From: a virus
Taxonomy: Duplodnaviria; Caudoviricetes
Direction: 5' to 3' (one strand)
Length of the DNA stretch: 36,178 nucleotides
Virus record (IMG/VR): IMGVR_UViG_3300030372_003848
Span: 1 to 36,178 of that record
Below, one piece after another: positions 1 through 9,625 of the stretch. A program made the position numbers and the translations under genes. How positions within the stretch are numbered: the first letter of the stretch is position 1; the number at the start of each line of letters is the position of its first letter. The notes under the pieces were generated by a model. That model did no database searches. It was given only the letters and a program-made list of their open reading frames with translations, and had not been told where the DNA came from.

Positions 1-99
1 GGGATAAGCATACATGGAATATACAGATACCAAAGGGTCATACGATATTAGCGATGAAGATACGCTTGATTTACAAGCGGTCGTCAAAAGCGAAATGGA
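1..99. repeat. Terminal direct repeat, copy 1 (likely assembly overlap of a circular contig)
   Basis: 1-99 is identical to 36080-36178. Across the join the terL stop lies 6 nt before the portal ATG. Confidence 0.95.
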
Positions 100-2140
100 A
101 TCCGCACAGGATTTCATCGAACAGATTGGGCAAGAACGTGACGAGGCAACTCGTTATTATTTAGGCAAAGAACCAGGCGCAACTTCTGAGTTGCAATCGG
201 AATACATTTCAACCGATGTCAGAGACAGCGTGTTATTCATGCTGCCATCGATCATGCGCACCTTCTTCGGCACAAAGAAAGTGGTCGAGTTTGTACCGCA
301 CTCTGCCGAGGACATACCCTTTGCCGAGCAGCAAACGGCGTATATCAATCACATCATACAAGAGAAGAATCCAGGCTTTAATGTCATGTATAACGCATTT
401 AAGGATGCACTGATTCGTAAAACGGGCTTTGTAAAAGCCTATTGGGATGATTCGATTACATCCACTTGTCACGAGTTCAGCAATATTTCACCTGAAGATT
501 ACACCGCACTCATTATGGATGAGGATGTCGAGATCGTTGAAGAGAAAATGGAAATGGAAACTTTGACAATCGTAAACGAAATGACAGGCGATGAGATCAC
601 CGAGGAACGTCCGATTAGTTATGATTTAAAAATCAGACGAGTCAAAGCAAAAGACCAAGTGGTCATCGAGGCAGTACCGCCCGAAGAGATTTTGATTTCT
701 CGTGCTGCAAGAGACATACACACTTCACCTTATGTGGCACATCGCATGGTCAAAACCATGAGTGAGCTGATTGCCATGGGTTATGAAAAAGAAGAGATTG
801 AACAATATTCGGGTACAGGCGGATCGTATGACTCTGCTGAGTATGAGGCGGAACAAGCAAGGAATCCTCTGAGCGAGGTCATGTATGCCGACCGCCCCGA
901 CCCCGCTGGACAAGACATATTGTATGTCGAACATTATTTATTTTACGATTTGGATGGCGATGGCATTGATGAGCGCATCCGAGTCTGCACACTGGGTAAT
1001 GGCATGAACATAGTCAATGCGATGCCTTGGGATGATTTACCTATCACAATCTTCTCACCCGATCCTGAACCGCATACCGCCATTGGCTCATGCCCCGCAG
1101 ACTATCTCATCCCAATACAAGCCTCGAAGTCTCAGATCATGCGAGACACACTTGATTCATTGGGTGCCGCCATCCACCCCAGACTCGGAATTGTTGAGGG
1201 CCAAGTGAACATTGATGACGTTTTAAATACGGATATCGGGCAGCCGATTCGTATGCGCGCGCCCAATATGGTTCAACCCTTCGCTGTTCCCTTCGTTGGT
1301 AAAGAGGCATTTCCTGTGCTTGGTTATTTAGACGAGGCAAAAGAGAATCGCACAGGCGTTTCCAAAGCCAGTGCGGGTCTAAACGCCGATGCGTTGCAAT
1401 CATCCACCAAAGCTGCCGTTGCTGCCACCATGTCGGGGGCGCAAGGTAGAATTGAGCTGATTTGTCGTCACTTTGGCGAGGGTCTGCGTGACTTGTATTC
1501 TCTCGTAAACAACCTAGTTATTAAAAACCAAGACAAACAAGACGTGTTTCGCTTAAACAACGAGTTTGTGCCTGTTGATCCGAGATATTGGGATGCAAAC
1601 AAGGACATCGTGGTCAATGTCGCCATATCCAAAGGTTCGGATGAGGAAAAAATGCAAGTTTTGGCTCAAATGGCGGGCAAACAAGAGCAGATTTTACAAA
1701 CATTAGGGCCACAAAACCCAATGGTGAGCTTGCAACAATACGCAAATACTTTGGGTCGGATCATCGAATTGGCTGGATTTAAGGATGTGAGTGCGTTTAT
1801 CAACACCGATATACCGCCGATGCCACCACAGCCACAAGATGACAAGCCCGATGCTGCTGAAATGTTGGCACAAGCAGAGATACAAAAAGCCCAAGTGCAA
1901 GCACAAAAGGCAATCATCGATTCTGAAACGGATCGCATGAAACTGATTATGGAAGATGACTTTAAACGCGATGAAGCCGAAGCGGATATACGCTTAAAGG
2001 CTGCTGAACTGTCTGCCAAGTATGGCGCAGAGATTAACATTGCTGAGATAAATGCATTGATGGAACGAGATCGAGAGACCATTCGACAACTTGCCAAGTC
2101 ACAAGCTGCGGGATTGTTTAATGGTACAGGAAACGGATAA
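14..2140 (+). CDS. Portal protein (P22-like podovirus type)
   Basis: 708 aa, follows terL across the circular join; portal-like segments (STDVRDSV..MLPSIMRTF, ENRTGVS) and a Q/A-rich coiled-coil C-terminus. Confidence 0.9.
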   Translation: MEYTDTKGSYDISDEDTLDLQAVVKSEMESAQDFIEQIGQERDEATRYYLGKEPGATSELQSEYISTDVRDSVLFMLPSIMRTFFGTKKVVEFVPHSAEDIPFAEQQTAYINHIIQEKNPGFNVMYNAFKDALIRKTGFVKAYWDDSITSTCHEFSNISPEDYTALIMDEDVEIVEEKMEMETLTIVNEMTGDEITEERPISYDLKIRRVKAKDQVVIEAVPPEEILISRAARDIHTSPYVAHRMVKTMSELIAMGYEKEEIEQYSGTGGSYDSAEYEAEQARNPLSEVMYADRPDPAGQDILYVEHYLFYDLDGDGIDERIRVCTLGNGMNIVNAMPWDDLPITIFSPDPEPHTAIGSCPADYLIPIQASKSQIMRDTLDSLGAAIHPRLGIVEGQVNIDDVLNTDIGQPIRMRAPNMVQPFAVPFVGKEAFPVLGYLDEAKENRTGVSKASAGLNADALQSSTKAAVAATMSGAQGRIELICRHFGEGLRDLYSLVNNLVIKNQDKQDVFRLNNEFVPVDPRYWDANKDIVVNVAISKGSDEEKMQVLAQMAGKQEQILQTLGPQNPMVSLQQYANTLGRIIELAGFKDVSAFINTDIPPMPPQPQDDKPDAAEMLAQAEIQKAQVQAQKAIIDSETDRMKLIMEDDFKRDEAEADIRLKAAELSAKYGAEINIAEINALMERDRETIRQLAKSQAAGLFNGTGNG

Positions 2141-2309
2141 ATACTACGATTTAGAGTTCCTGGATTCAGCGGGCGAGATGATTTACACCGCCCAAGGCAT
2201 CAAAGCCAAAAACTTAGAACATGCACGAGAGATCGTGTTGTGTTTTTTGTCTGATTTCATTGATGAAGATTCAGAGCTGTTATCTCACGAGGAGACAATA
2301 ATTCATTGA
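2121..2309 (+). CDS. Hypothetical acidic protein (62 aa)
   Basis: ATG at 2121 overlaps the portal end and the ORF fills the gap to the next gene. Confidence 0.55.
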   Translation: MVQETDKYYDLEFLDSAGEMIYTAQGIKAKNLEHAREIVLCFLSDFIDEDSELLSHEETIIH

Positions 2310-2343
2310 TGCCAAATAAAAAATATAAAAAGAGGAAAAAGCG

Positions 2344-2829
2344 ATGAAGTTTAATGTGATTAAAAACGTGGTCGGCACACTCGCCCCCACCATTGGATCA
2401 GCATTGGGTGGCCCAATGGGAAACATGGCAGCCAACGTCATCGCTGACGTTTTAGGCGTTAAACCAGAACCAAAAGCACTGCAAAAGGCTATGGAAAACG
2501 CAACGCCAGAGCAGATGGCAGAAATTAAGAAAGCAGAGTTTGAATTTGAGACACAAATGAAAGAGCTGGATGTTGATATCTTTGCCCTTGAGACTGCGGA
2601 CAAACAAGATGCCAGGCAAAAATTCAGTAAAGACTGGACAACAAGAGTCATGGGCATTGCCGTATTGGGTGGATTCTTGGGGTATATCTTCATGGTCACG
2701 CTGCAACCGCCTGAACAAAACTCCGAGGCTTTGATTAACCTCGTTCTTGGTTATCTCGGCGGATTGGCAAGTGCGGTGGTCTCGTTTTACTTTGGCGCAT
2801 CAAACGGCGGTGGAAAATCAAAAAATTAA
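2344..2829 (+). CDS. Putative holin-like membrane protein (GTA 3TM-holin-like)
   Basis: GAGG RBS; glycine-rich N-terminus, coiled coil, two C-terminal hydrophobic helices ending SFYFGAS. Confidence 0.6.
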   Translation: MKFNVIKNVVGTLAPTIGSALGGPMGNMAANVIADVLGVKPEPKALQKAMENATPEQMAEIKKAEFEFETQMKELDVDIFALETADKQDARQKFSKDWTTRVMGIAVLGGFLGYIFMVTLQPPEQNSEALINLVLGYLGGLASAVVSFYFGASNGGGKSKN

Positions 2830-2844
2830 AAGAAATATGGGGTT

Positions 2845-3936
2845 ATGGTGAAAAAATTTATAGGTATATTTGGGGTAATATTTACGCTTGGATTGCTAAA
2901 TTCAGAAGCGGTTAGAGCAGATCAGACTGGAAACTGTACGGCTGGAAGCGAGTATTGTGAGCAAAACTCGTTGACTACGACCAACGCCACAACTACGACA
3001 AATACAAACAACAACAACACAACAACGACTTCGACAGCAACAAATACAAACAACAATACATCGACCTCGACAGCAACCAACACAAACAACAATGTTTCGA
3101 CCAACACATCGACTTCAAGTTCGAGCAGTGTTAATCAGAACACCAACACATCGACATCGACCGCCAATAACAACAACAACAATGTCAATACTTCGACATC
3201 GAGCAATTCCAATGTGAACACCAATACATCCACATCAAATGTGACATCCAATGTGACCAACAACAACACCAGCAATGTCACATCGAGCAATGTCAATGTG
3301 AATGAGTCAACCAGCAGCAACCGAAATGTAAATGAATCGACATCTGACAACACCAATCGAAACATCAATGAGTCAAGCTCAAACTCTAATGTGACCACAG
3401 ATAACAAGAATGTGAATGAGAACAACAGCACTTCAAACAACACCAATCGAAACATCAATGAGTCGAAGTCTGAGCAAACGATTAATCAAAACATTACACA
3501 AAAAGCACCGCCCGCTTCTGCAATAGCACCATCAATCATGTCGTATTCACAGGATTTGTGTACGGTTGGTAGATCGGGTGCTTTTCAGGGTCAAGTTTTT
3601 GGTTTATCTGCTGGTAGAACCGTCAGAGATGAAAACTGTGAACGATTAAAGTTAGGCAAATATTTATACGACATGGGCATGAAAGTCGCAGCCGTTGCCA
3701 TCATGTGCCAAGACGTTAGAGTGTTCAGTGCAATGTATATGGCTGGTACGCCTTGTCCATATGAAGGCAAGATAGGCGAGGAAGCAAGACTGGCATGGGC
3801 TGCTAATCCTAAAGATCGACCCGATTACAAAGAAGCCAAATCAAATTATGTGACCAAATGTGCTGGCACAGAAAATAATGCGGGCCAGAGAAAATCGAGA
3901 TTAACCTGTAAGCGTGAGTTTGATTCGGGCGGATAA
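2845..3936 (+). CDS. Exported protein with Thr/Asn/Ser-rich stalk and Cys-rich C-terminal domain
   Basis: Signal-peptide-like N-terminus (MVKKFIGIFGVIFTLGLL..AVRA), low-complexity T/N/S tract, C-terminal PPASAIAPS..DLC..DENCERLKL..AGTPCP domain. Confidence 0.8.
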   Translation: MVKKFIGIFGVIFTLGLLNSEAVRADQTGNCTAGSEYCEQNSLTTTNATTTTNTNNNNTTTTSTATNTNNNTSTSTATNTNNNVSTNTSTSSSSSVNQNTNTSTSTANNNNNNVNTSTSSNSNVNTNTSTSNVTSNVTNNNTSNVTSSNVNVNESTSSNRNVNESTSDNTNRNINESSSNSNVTTDNKNVNENNSTSNNTNRNINESKSEQTINQNITQKAPPASAIAPSIMSYSQDLCTVGRSGAFQGQVFGLSAGRTVRDENCERLKLGKYLYDMGMKVAAVAIMCQDVRVFSAMYMAGTPCPYEGKIGEEARLAWAANPKDRPDYKEAKSNYVTKCAGTENNAGQRKSRLTCKREFDSGG

Positions 3937-6068
3937 TGCCTAAGAAAAACAACGAAGGATTACAAAACGCCATTTTGTTTGGAATGGGATTGGCCTGTTT
4001 GCTTCTTTTATGCGCCACACTCAATATCAATGCTGGATATGTTTACGAGGCAAATCAAAACATTTTTAATTTAACCAATGAAAGCGGTACAACCAACATG
4101 GCAGTTGGTGACGACCAAGTTTCCAGTGCATTTAACCTAGATTTTACGTTTACATTTTATGGCGAAGATTTCACATCTGCTCGAATGGCAACCAATGGTT
4201 GTTTACACTTTGGGTCGTCAGGAAGTTATTGTAATGACTACACACCTGACCCATTACCTGAAATCACATACACCTTATATCCTTTCTGGACTGATCTGAT
4301 TCGTGACAACGGCTCTAAGGTTCTGGCTAAGAATTTCACCGACAAATCTGTTTTTGGTTGGTACAACTTACGAGAATACAATCGCAGCAACACAGACAAC
4401 TCGTTTGAGGTCGTTCTGTGGAAAGCAGACGACAGCTTTGAGTTTCGATACGGCGGGTTAAACGTCATTAAGCACGATGTTTTGATTGGAGAGCAAGGCA
4501 GCAGTTCACAAACTTACACTTATCTTTATCACGATGAATGTAGCACGGGAACAACAAACGTCTCTGGCACTTGTGTAAACAAAGATTGGAACAATACAAC
4601 ATTCAATACGCTTTTAGAAAACGGCGGAAGTTTGTATGGCGTTGGTTCTGGCAATGCGCTTGATTGCAGCAATCCATTGAACAATTCGGCTTGCGTTGGC
4701 TATGCTGCCGCATACCTTACTCAACAATGCAGTATTGACTCGCTTTATTCCAATCAATGCCCGTACTATTGGGATGCTGTGTTTGATGAAGAGTGTGAAT
4801 ACAACCCGCAGTCCGATCCAGCTTGCCCAGGATATAGTTTTGAAAGCTCATACGCTTATTACAATGAAGATACTTACAACTATGGCATTGAAGAAGAGTA
4901 TTTTTACGAAGAAGTGTTTTTTGAAGAACCTTTTTTTGAAGAAGAGTATTTTTACGAAGAAGTCTTTTTCGAGCCAATACAAGAAGAGGTGTTTTTATTG
5001 GTTGAAGAGTTTATCCCCATTGAAGAATTTTATGATCCAATTTTTGAAGAAATTGAATACTTCTTAGAGCCTCTGCCAACCGATGAATTTATAACATTTA
5101 GTTATATTGAAGATGATTACTTAACCTTTGATGAGTTGCCAATGATTGAGTATGACTTGCCTGTTATTGAAGATGTTTTGATGGAACATTTTGAACACGA
5201 ACAGATTGTTGAAGCGATTGAGGAGTATTACGAAGAAGAAGTTATTGAAGAAGAAGTCATTGAAGAAGAAGTGGCTGATGAGGAAATTGAAGTTCTGGCC
5301 GATGACGACAAAAAGGACGACAAACTTGAGATGCAACTAAGCGTTGTTGCCGACACCATAAAAATAGCTGCAAACAGTTATGGCGGGATCAACAACGGTG
5401 TCAACGCTTCCAATTATTCTTTGCAAAACAGCAGCACTGCATCGGGCGGCGTTGCCAATACTCAATCAAACGCTGTCGCCTCTTCTGTTTCTGGCGGTGC
5501 AGCAAGCCAAAGCAATTCGCCAAGCATATCGGATCAGGTGACAAGCTCTGCGGCACAAACGCAACAAGTTTTATCGATGAGCGTTGCAGCAGACACATCG
5601 ATTGACTCCTCTCAATCCAGCTCTGCATCAGACACAAGCGTTGACGTATCGATTACCCCCATGATGATCTTTGATGCCAATCAACCCGTTATGGCAGACG
5701 TACAAATACAAGACATGCAAGGTCAAATCAGCAATGCCACTTCAGGCGTGATGACTGCAAGCGAAGCGGATCAAATCGCAGAACAAATCATTGCTGAAAA
5801 CATCAAAGAACAGCAAGAAGAGATCAAGGCACAAGAGCAAGAAAGCGGAGAGTATGCAGACAGCTCATCCTTGGTTGCTTTGATGAGTTTTGTGCCAGGG
5901 TTTAACACTTACAGCATGATAAGCGTTCCAGATGCGACAAGCTGGTACGAACCCACAGAAATTTATGCCAATGCTTCCATTGCAGACAACAATCAGGCTT
6001 ATCTGAGCTTATTCGGAGACAGCCTGACTGCGATGAAAGACATGGTTCAATCACAACCCAACCTATGA
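3936..6068 (+). CDS. Exported protein with NIDO-like domain, Cys-rich repeats and acidic tract
   Basis: N-terminal hydrophobic segment; GDD..FTFTFYG..ATNG..YPFWTDL pattern; three C-x8-C-(P/V)(G/Y)Y units; E/F/Y-rich middle; start overlaps the upstream stop (TAATG). Confidence 0.75.
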   Translation: MPKKNNEGLQNAILFGMGLACLLLLCATLNINAGYVYEANQNIFNLTNESGTTNMAVGDDQVSSAFNLDFTFTFYGEDFTSARMATNGCLHFGSSGSYCNDYTPDPLPEITYTLYPFWTDLIRDNGSKVLAKNFTDKSVFGWYNLREYNRSNTDNSFEVVLWKADDSFEFRYGGLNVIKHDVLIGEQGSSSQTYTYLYHDECSTGTTNVSGTCVNKDWNNTTFNTLLENGGSLYGVGSGNALDCSNPLNNSACVGYAAAYLTQQCSIDSLYSNQCPYYWDAVFDEECEYNPQSDPACPGYSFESSYAYYNEDTYNYGIEEEYFYEEVFFEEPFFEEEYFYEEVFFEPIQEEVFLLVEEFIPIEEFYDPIFEEIEYFLEPLPTDEFITFSYIEDDYLTFDELPMIEYDLPVIEDVLMEHFEHEQIVEAIEEYYEEEVIEEEVIEEEVADEEIEVLADDDKKDDKLEMQLSVVADTIKIAANSYGGINNGVNASNYSLQNSSTASGGVANTQSNAVASSVSGGAASQSNSPSISDQVTSSAAQTQQVLSMSVAADTSIDSSQSSSASDTSVDVSITPMMIFDANQPVMADVQIQDMQGQISNATSGVMTASEADQIAEQIIAENIKEQQEEIKAQEQESGEYADSSSLVALMSFVPGFNTYSMISVPDATSWYEPTEIYANASIADNNQAYLSLFGDSLTAMKDMVQSQPNL
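4888..4963 (+). repeat. 28-bp exact direct repeat within the acidic tract
   Basis: ttgaagaagagtatttttacgaagaagt at 4888-4915 and 4936-4963 (EEEYFYEEV twice). Confidence 0.85.
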
Positions 6069-6078
6069 GGAAAAAATT

Positions 6079-6444
6079 ATGGACTGGTTTCAAAGTAAAA
6101 CAACACAACTAATCGCACTTGCTGGTATTGTCAGCACTTTGGCTGGATTTGGTTATACAGGTGCAACATATGTTAATCGCATCGAAAACCTTGAGTCTAA
6201 AATGACTCGTTATATCAACGAAATTGACACACTTGCTGACGAAGTTGCTGACATGGATAAACAGGTGGTCTCGCTTGTAGAGCAGATAAAATCATTAAAC
6301 ATAGAAACTGAAGATTTAACGCCGATCAAAGACGATATTGTTTTGTTGCAGACGAGTGTCGCTGGAATCAATGCCAGCGTTGATTCAATGTATGATGATA
6401 TTCAAGCGTTAGAAAACAAAAACGACAACCCACTTGCCCAATAA
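6079..6444 (+). CDS. Membrane-anchored coiled-coil protein
   Basis: GAGG RBS; N-terminal hydrophobic helix followed by heptad-like repeats. Confidence 0.75.
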   Translation: MDWFQSKTTQLIALAGIVSTLAGFGYTGATYVNRIENLESKMTRYINEIDTLADEVADMDKQVVSLVEQIKSLNIETEDLTPIKDDIVLLQTSVAGINASVDSMYDDIQALENKNDNPLAQ

Positions 6445-6485
6445 GATATGATAATATCTATCACTAACCTTTGGTAATTGTAAAA

Positions 6486-6728
6486 ATGGAACTCAATTCA
6501 ATAGTATTCTGGAACATCATATTGACTTTGGTCTATGCGCCACTCGCTTTGGGCATCAAAAGCAACATGGCCGAGACCAAGCGCATCGATATATTGCTGA
6601 ATAAAACACGAGAAGAATTGCCAACCGTTTACGTCACAAAAACCGAAATCACAAATGAAATGGAAAGGCTATTTAAGCGGTTCGATAAGCTCGAAGAGAA
6701 AATCGACCAAATAGCCCAACAATCTTGA
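6486..6728 (+). CDS. Small TM plus coiled-coil protein (possible lysis accessory)
   Basis: ATG 6486; IVFWNIILTLVYAPLALGI then ..RFDKLEEKID coiled coil. Confidence 0.65.
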   Translation: MELNSIVFWNIILTLVYAPLALGIKSNMAETKRIDILLNKTREELPTVYVTKTEITNEMERLFKRFDKLEEKIDQIAQQS

Positions 6729-6738
6729 GGATATAAAT

Positions 6739-6906
6739 ATGCAAACTTTCGCAAATATAATGGCTGTCATTATGCTCATCGTCACAGTATGCAGTGTAGT
6801 TTCAATGATAACCCCTACTCCAAAGCTCGATACGCTTGTCGGTAAGATTTACAAATACACGATTGAGCTGGGCGCACTTAACTTTTGGAAGGCAAAAGAT
6901 AAATAG
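6739..6906 (+). CDS. Small holin-like membrane protein (55 aa, absent from the ORF track)
   Basis: GAGGA RBS; MQTFANIMAVIMLIVTVCSVVSMITPTPKLDTLVGKIYKYTIELGALNFWKAKDK, one TM helix and a basic tail. Confidence 0.7.
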   Translation: MQTFANIMAVIMLIVTVCSVVSMITPTPKLDTLVGKIYKYTIELGALNFWKAKDK

Positions 6907-8258
6907 TGTCATTTTTTGGCGACATACCCGATGAGCTGATATACAGCAACGAGCTTGTTGATCCACCAGTCAGCGATACGATTGGTGGATTGCCCCTTTT
7001 GGGTGCGGGTATCGCTGGCATTTACACGCCGTCAAGAAAACTGGGTCAAGCAAACAACCCTGGGCAACAAGTTGTCACAAGTGGCCCGATACAAGTCACC
7101 AAAGCTCAAAAAAGAGATGCAAGAACTATAAAGAATAAAAACAATCTTGGTGCGGGCGATGTGTTTGTTGATCGAGGCACAGGCATTGTCTGGAAAGTAA
7201 ATGACAACGGCAAAGGCATTAAAGCATTAGGCAGCAGCGATCAAAGCCCAGTTGAGTTTGCAATAGGCGATCGTGTTTTTATTCAAAGCGGAACCATCAC
7301 TGATAGCGATGGAAATGTAATTGATGAGCATCAATCAGGTTGGGCAATTTACAATCCACAAGAAGATTTGCCTGGTGATCCTTGGGAGTTTGAAACAACA
7401 ACAACGGATGAAGAGACACCAGTTGACATACCGCTTTTTCCATCAATCATTGACGACAGCGGTACTGTTATAACGCCACCAATTATTACAACGCCACCCC
7501 CTACTCCACCTGTCATTACAACGCCACCCCCTACTCCACCTGTCATTACACCACCTGTTATTGATACACCACCTATACCGCCTGTTATTGATACACCACC
7601 GATTGTCATTGACACACCGCCCGTAATTGATGAGCCGCCAGTTATTACAACGCCACCACCATCTCCGCCTGTAACTCCGACTCCAACTCCGACTCCAACT
7701 CCTGTTGTGCCAACGCCAACTCCTGTAGTGCCTACACCTACTCCAACTCCTACACCTACTCCAACCCCTACACCAACGCCAACTCCTACACCAACGCCAA
7801 CGCCCACTCCAACTCCAACTGGCACAGGTGATACTGGAACGGGCGATACTGATGACGGCACAACCGATGATGTCGGTGTCGGCATTGGCGATACTGTTGG
7901 CATAGGAACGGGCGCGGGAGTTCTCGATGGAGACAGCACACCTTTTGTGCCAGTCGATTACAATCCATTCACTATACAAAACCCCGTCTTTGAGCCGAGA
8001 GATTTTATTGCACCAGGCGTTTCATATTCGCCAGAAGTGCCAGAGGGTTATACGGTGTTTGACGATGTGTATACGCCTTATGTTTACGACCCACCCCCTG
8101 TGCAACAAATGAGTGGGCCACCATTGATATATGATCCATTCGCGCCTTTGCCTTCAATGGCTGAATCGATTACTTCATTGCCACAAATGCCAAGCGGTTA
8201 TCAACCGCTGAATTTAGGCAACCTACAATCAATCATTAATAAAATAGGAAACACATGA
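6906..8258 (+). CDS. Pro/Thr-rich low-complexity protein
   Basis: 450 aa, GTG start overlapping the upstream stop, stop overlapping the next ATG; TPPVI and (TP)n tracts. Confidence 0.7.
   Translation: MSFFGDIPDELIYSNELVDPPVSDTIGGLPLLGAGIAGIYTPSRKLGQANNPGQQVVTSGPIQVTKAQKRDARTIKNKNNLGAGDVFVDRGTGIVWKVNDNGKGIKALGSSDQSPVEFAIGDRVFIQSGTITDSDGNVIDEHQSGWAIYNPQEDLPGDPWEFETTTTDEETPVDIPLFPSIIDDSGTVITPPIITTPPPTPPVITTPPPTPPVITPPVIDTPPIPPVIDTPPIVIDTPPVIDEPPVITTPPPSPPVTPTPTPTPTPVVPTPTPVVPTPTPTPTPTPTPTPTPTPTPTPTPTPTPTGTGDTGTGDTDDGTTDDVGVGIGDTVGIGTGAGVLDGDSTPFVPVDYNPFTIQNPVFEPRDFIAPGVSYSPEVPEGYTVFDDVYTPYVYDPPPVQQMSGPPLIYDPFAPLPSMAESITSLPQMPSGYQPLNLGNLQSIINKIGNT
7485..7820 (+). repeat. Coding tandem repeats (30-bp unit x2, then a (Pro-Thr)n tract)
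   Basis: attacaacgccaccccctactccacctgtc at 7485-7514 and 7515-7544; CCN-ACN run about 7672-7820. Confidence 0.85.
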
Positions 8259-8518
8259 GTACACGAGAAGAAGTCCTCGAATCCAACGAGGCAGAATTAA
8301 TCCTCAATTCTGTTGTTTTTAAAAAAGCAATCGAACAACTGCACGATGAATACATCCAGCTCTGGTTGCAATCCGATCAAGACGACAAAGCATTTAGAGA
8401 ATCAATGCACACTGCTGTTAAACTTTTGCCAGAAGTTGAAAAACATCTACGAATCATTGTTGAGAAAGGAAAAATTACACAAACCAATTTGAGAAGAATC
8501 CGAAAAGTCATGGCTTAG
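8255..8518 (+). CDS. Small head-module protein upstream of the scaffold
   Basis: AGGA RBS, 87 aa, helical; position typical of podovirus head modules. Confidence 0.7.
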   Translation: MSTREEVLESNEAELILNSVVFKKAIEQLHDEYIQLWLQSDQDDKAFRESMHTAVKLLPEVEKHLRIIVEKGKITQTNLRRIRKVMA

Positions 8519-8524
8519 TATTGA

Positions 8525-8553
8525 TTTACAAATACCAAAGGGTAGTTTAGAAT
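8525..8553 (+). promoter_or_regulatory. Putative sigma70 promoter for scaffold/capsid
   Basis: TTTACA-17 nt-TAGAAT upstream of the scaffold ATG. Confidence 0.5.
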
Positions 8554-8588
8554 CAATCTAATTATCAATAATTTTCAAGGATAATATT

Positions 8589-9590
8589 ATGGCCAACACG
8601 GTTCAACCTAAACCATTGGAATTACAAACAAGTATGGAAGAGGCTGTGACCTCATTTGAGCAATACCTAGAACCTGAAGAGGAAAAACTAGAAGAGGCAC
8701 AAGTAGAATCACAAGCCGATGAAACTGTTGAAGAAGAAATTGTCGAGGAAGAAGAACTCCAAGCCGATGACTTTGAAGAAACAGAAGAAACAGAAACTCT
8801 TGACGATGAACAAGATGAGATAGAGGAACAAAATGAACCTCAACTTTATGCCGTTAAAGTAAACGGCGAAGATGTTGAAGTCACCATTGACGAACTTCAA
8901 AGCTCGTATTCTAGACAAGCAGATTACACTCGAAAGACTCAAGAACTCGCTCAACAGCGTAAGACTGTTGAAGAACAACAAAGCGAGGTTGCAAAAAACG
9001 AGGCGATTTATAAGGAACTGCTGCCCAAAATGGAAGCTGCATTAAGCGAAAGTTTGGGTACTGAGCCTGACTGGGAAACTTTGTATTCTAACGATCCCAT
9101 TGGGTATGTCCGAGAACGCGATTTATGGAATGAAAAACAACAGAAATTGCAAGCCGTACAAGCTGAACAAACGAGACTTCAAGAAGAAGATCAAGTGAAA
9201 CAGCAAGAGCAGATACAGAAGTATATGCAATACGGCGAAAAGCAAATTCTTAATCATGTTCCTGAGTGGAAGGATAAAACCATCCAACAAGAAGAAAAAT
9301 TGGCGATTCGAGATCATGCAATCAATGATTTGGGATTTACAGCAGAGGAAATCAACCAAGTGTATGATTACCGCCTGTTGATGGGGTTAAGAAATAGCTG
9401 GATGCAAAACAAAACGCAAAAAGCTGTGAAGAAAAAACCCACTCAGAAGGCATCTGCTAGAAACAGAGTTGCAAAACCTGGTTCAGTCTCTCGTAAAAAA
9501 ACCAGCACTCCTTTAAAGAAATCGAAAGCACGATTAGCCAAATCTGGGAAAGTCCAAGATGCGGCGAAAGTATTTGAACAATTAATTTAA
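8589..9590 (+). CDS. Capsid scaffolding protein
   Basis: Acidic N-terminus, VKVNGEDVEVT.DEL..Y.RQADYTRKTQELA motif, basic C-terminus; directly upstream of the capsid gene. Confidence 0.85.
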   Translation: MANTVQPKPLELQTSMEEAVTSFEQYLEPEEEKLEEAQVESQADETVEEEIVEEEELQADDFEETEETETLDDEQDEIEEQNEPQLYAVKVNGEDVEVTIDELQSSYSRQADYTRKTQELAQQRKTVEEQQSEVAKNEAIYKELLPKMEAALSESLGTEPDWETLYSNDPIGYVRERDLWNEKQQKLQAVQAEQTRLQEEDQVKQQEQIQKYMQYGEKQILNHVPEWKDKTIQQEEKLAIRDHAINDLGFTAEEINQVYDYRLLMGLRNSWMQNKTQKAVKKKPTQKASARNRVAKPGSVSRKKTSTPLKKSKARLAKSGKVQDAAKVFEQLI

Positions 9591-9625
9591 CTTTTAATTT
9601 CTAGGCAACTAGAAGGAGTATTAGC

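Noticed and set aside
1-99. Biological terminal repeat
   Set aside because: The length matches a common assembler k-mer and it cuts through the terL/portal junction, so an assembly overlap is more likely.
2922-3458. Minus-strand Val/Leu-rich ORFs
   Set aside because: Antisense shadows of the Thr/Asn tract.
7349-7979. Minus-strand (GV)n and W/R-rich ORFs
   Set aside because: Antisense shadows of the Pro/Thr repeats.
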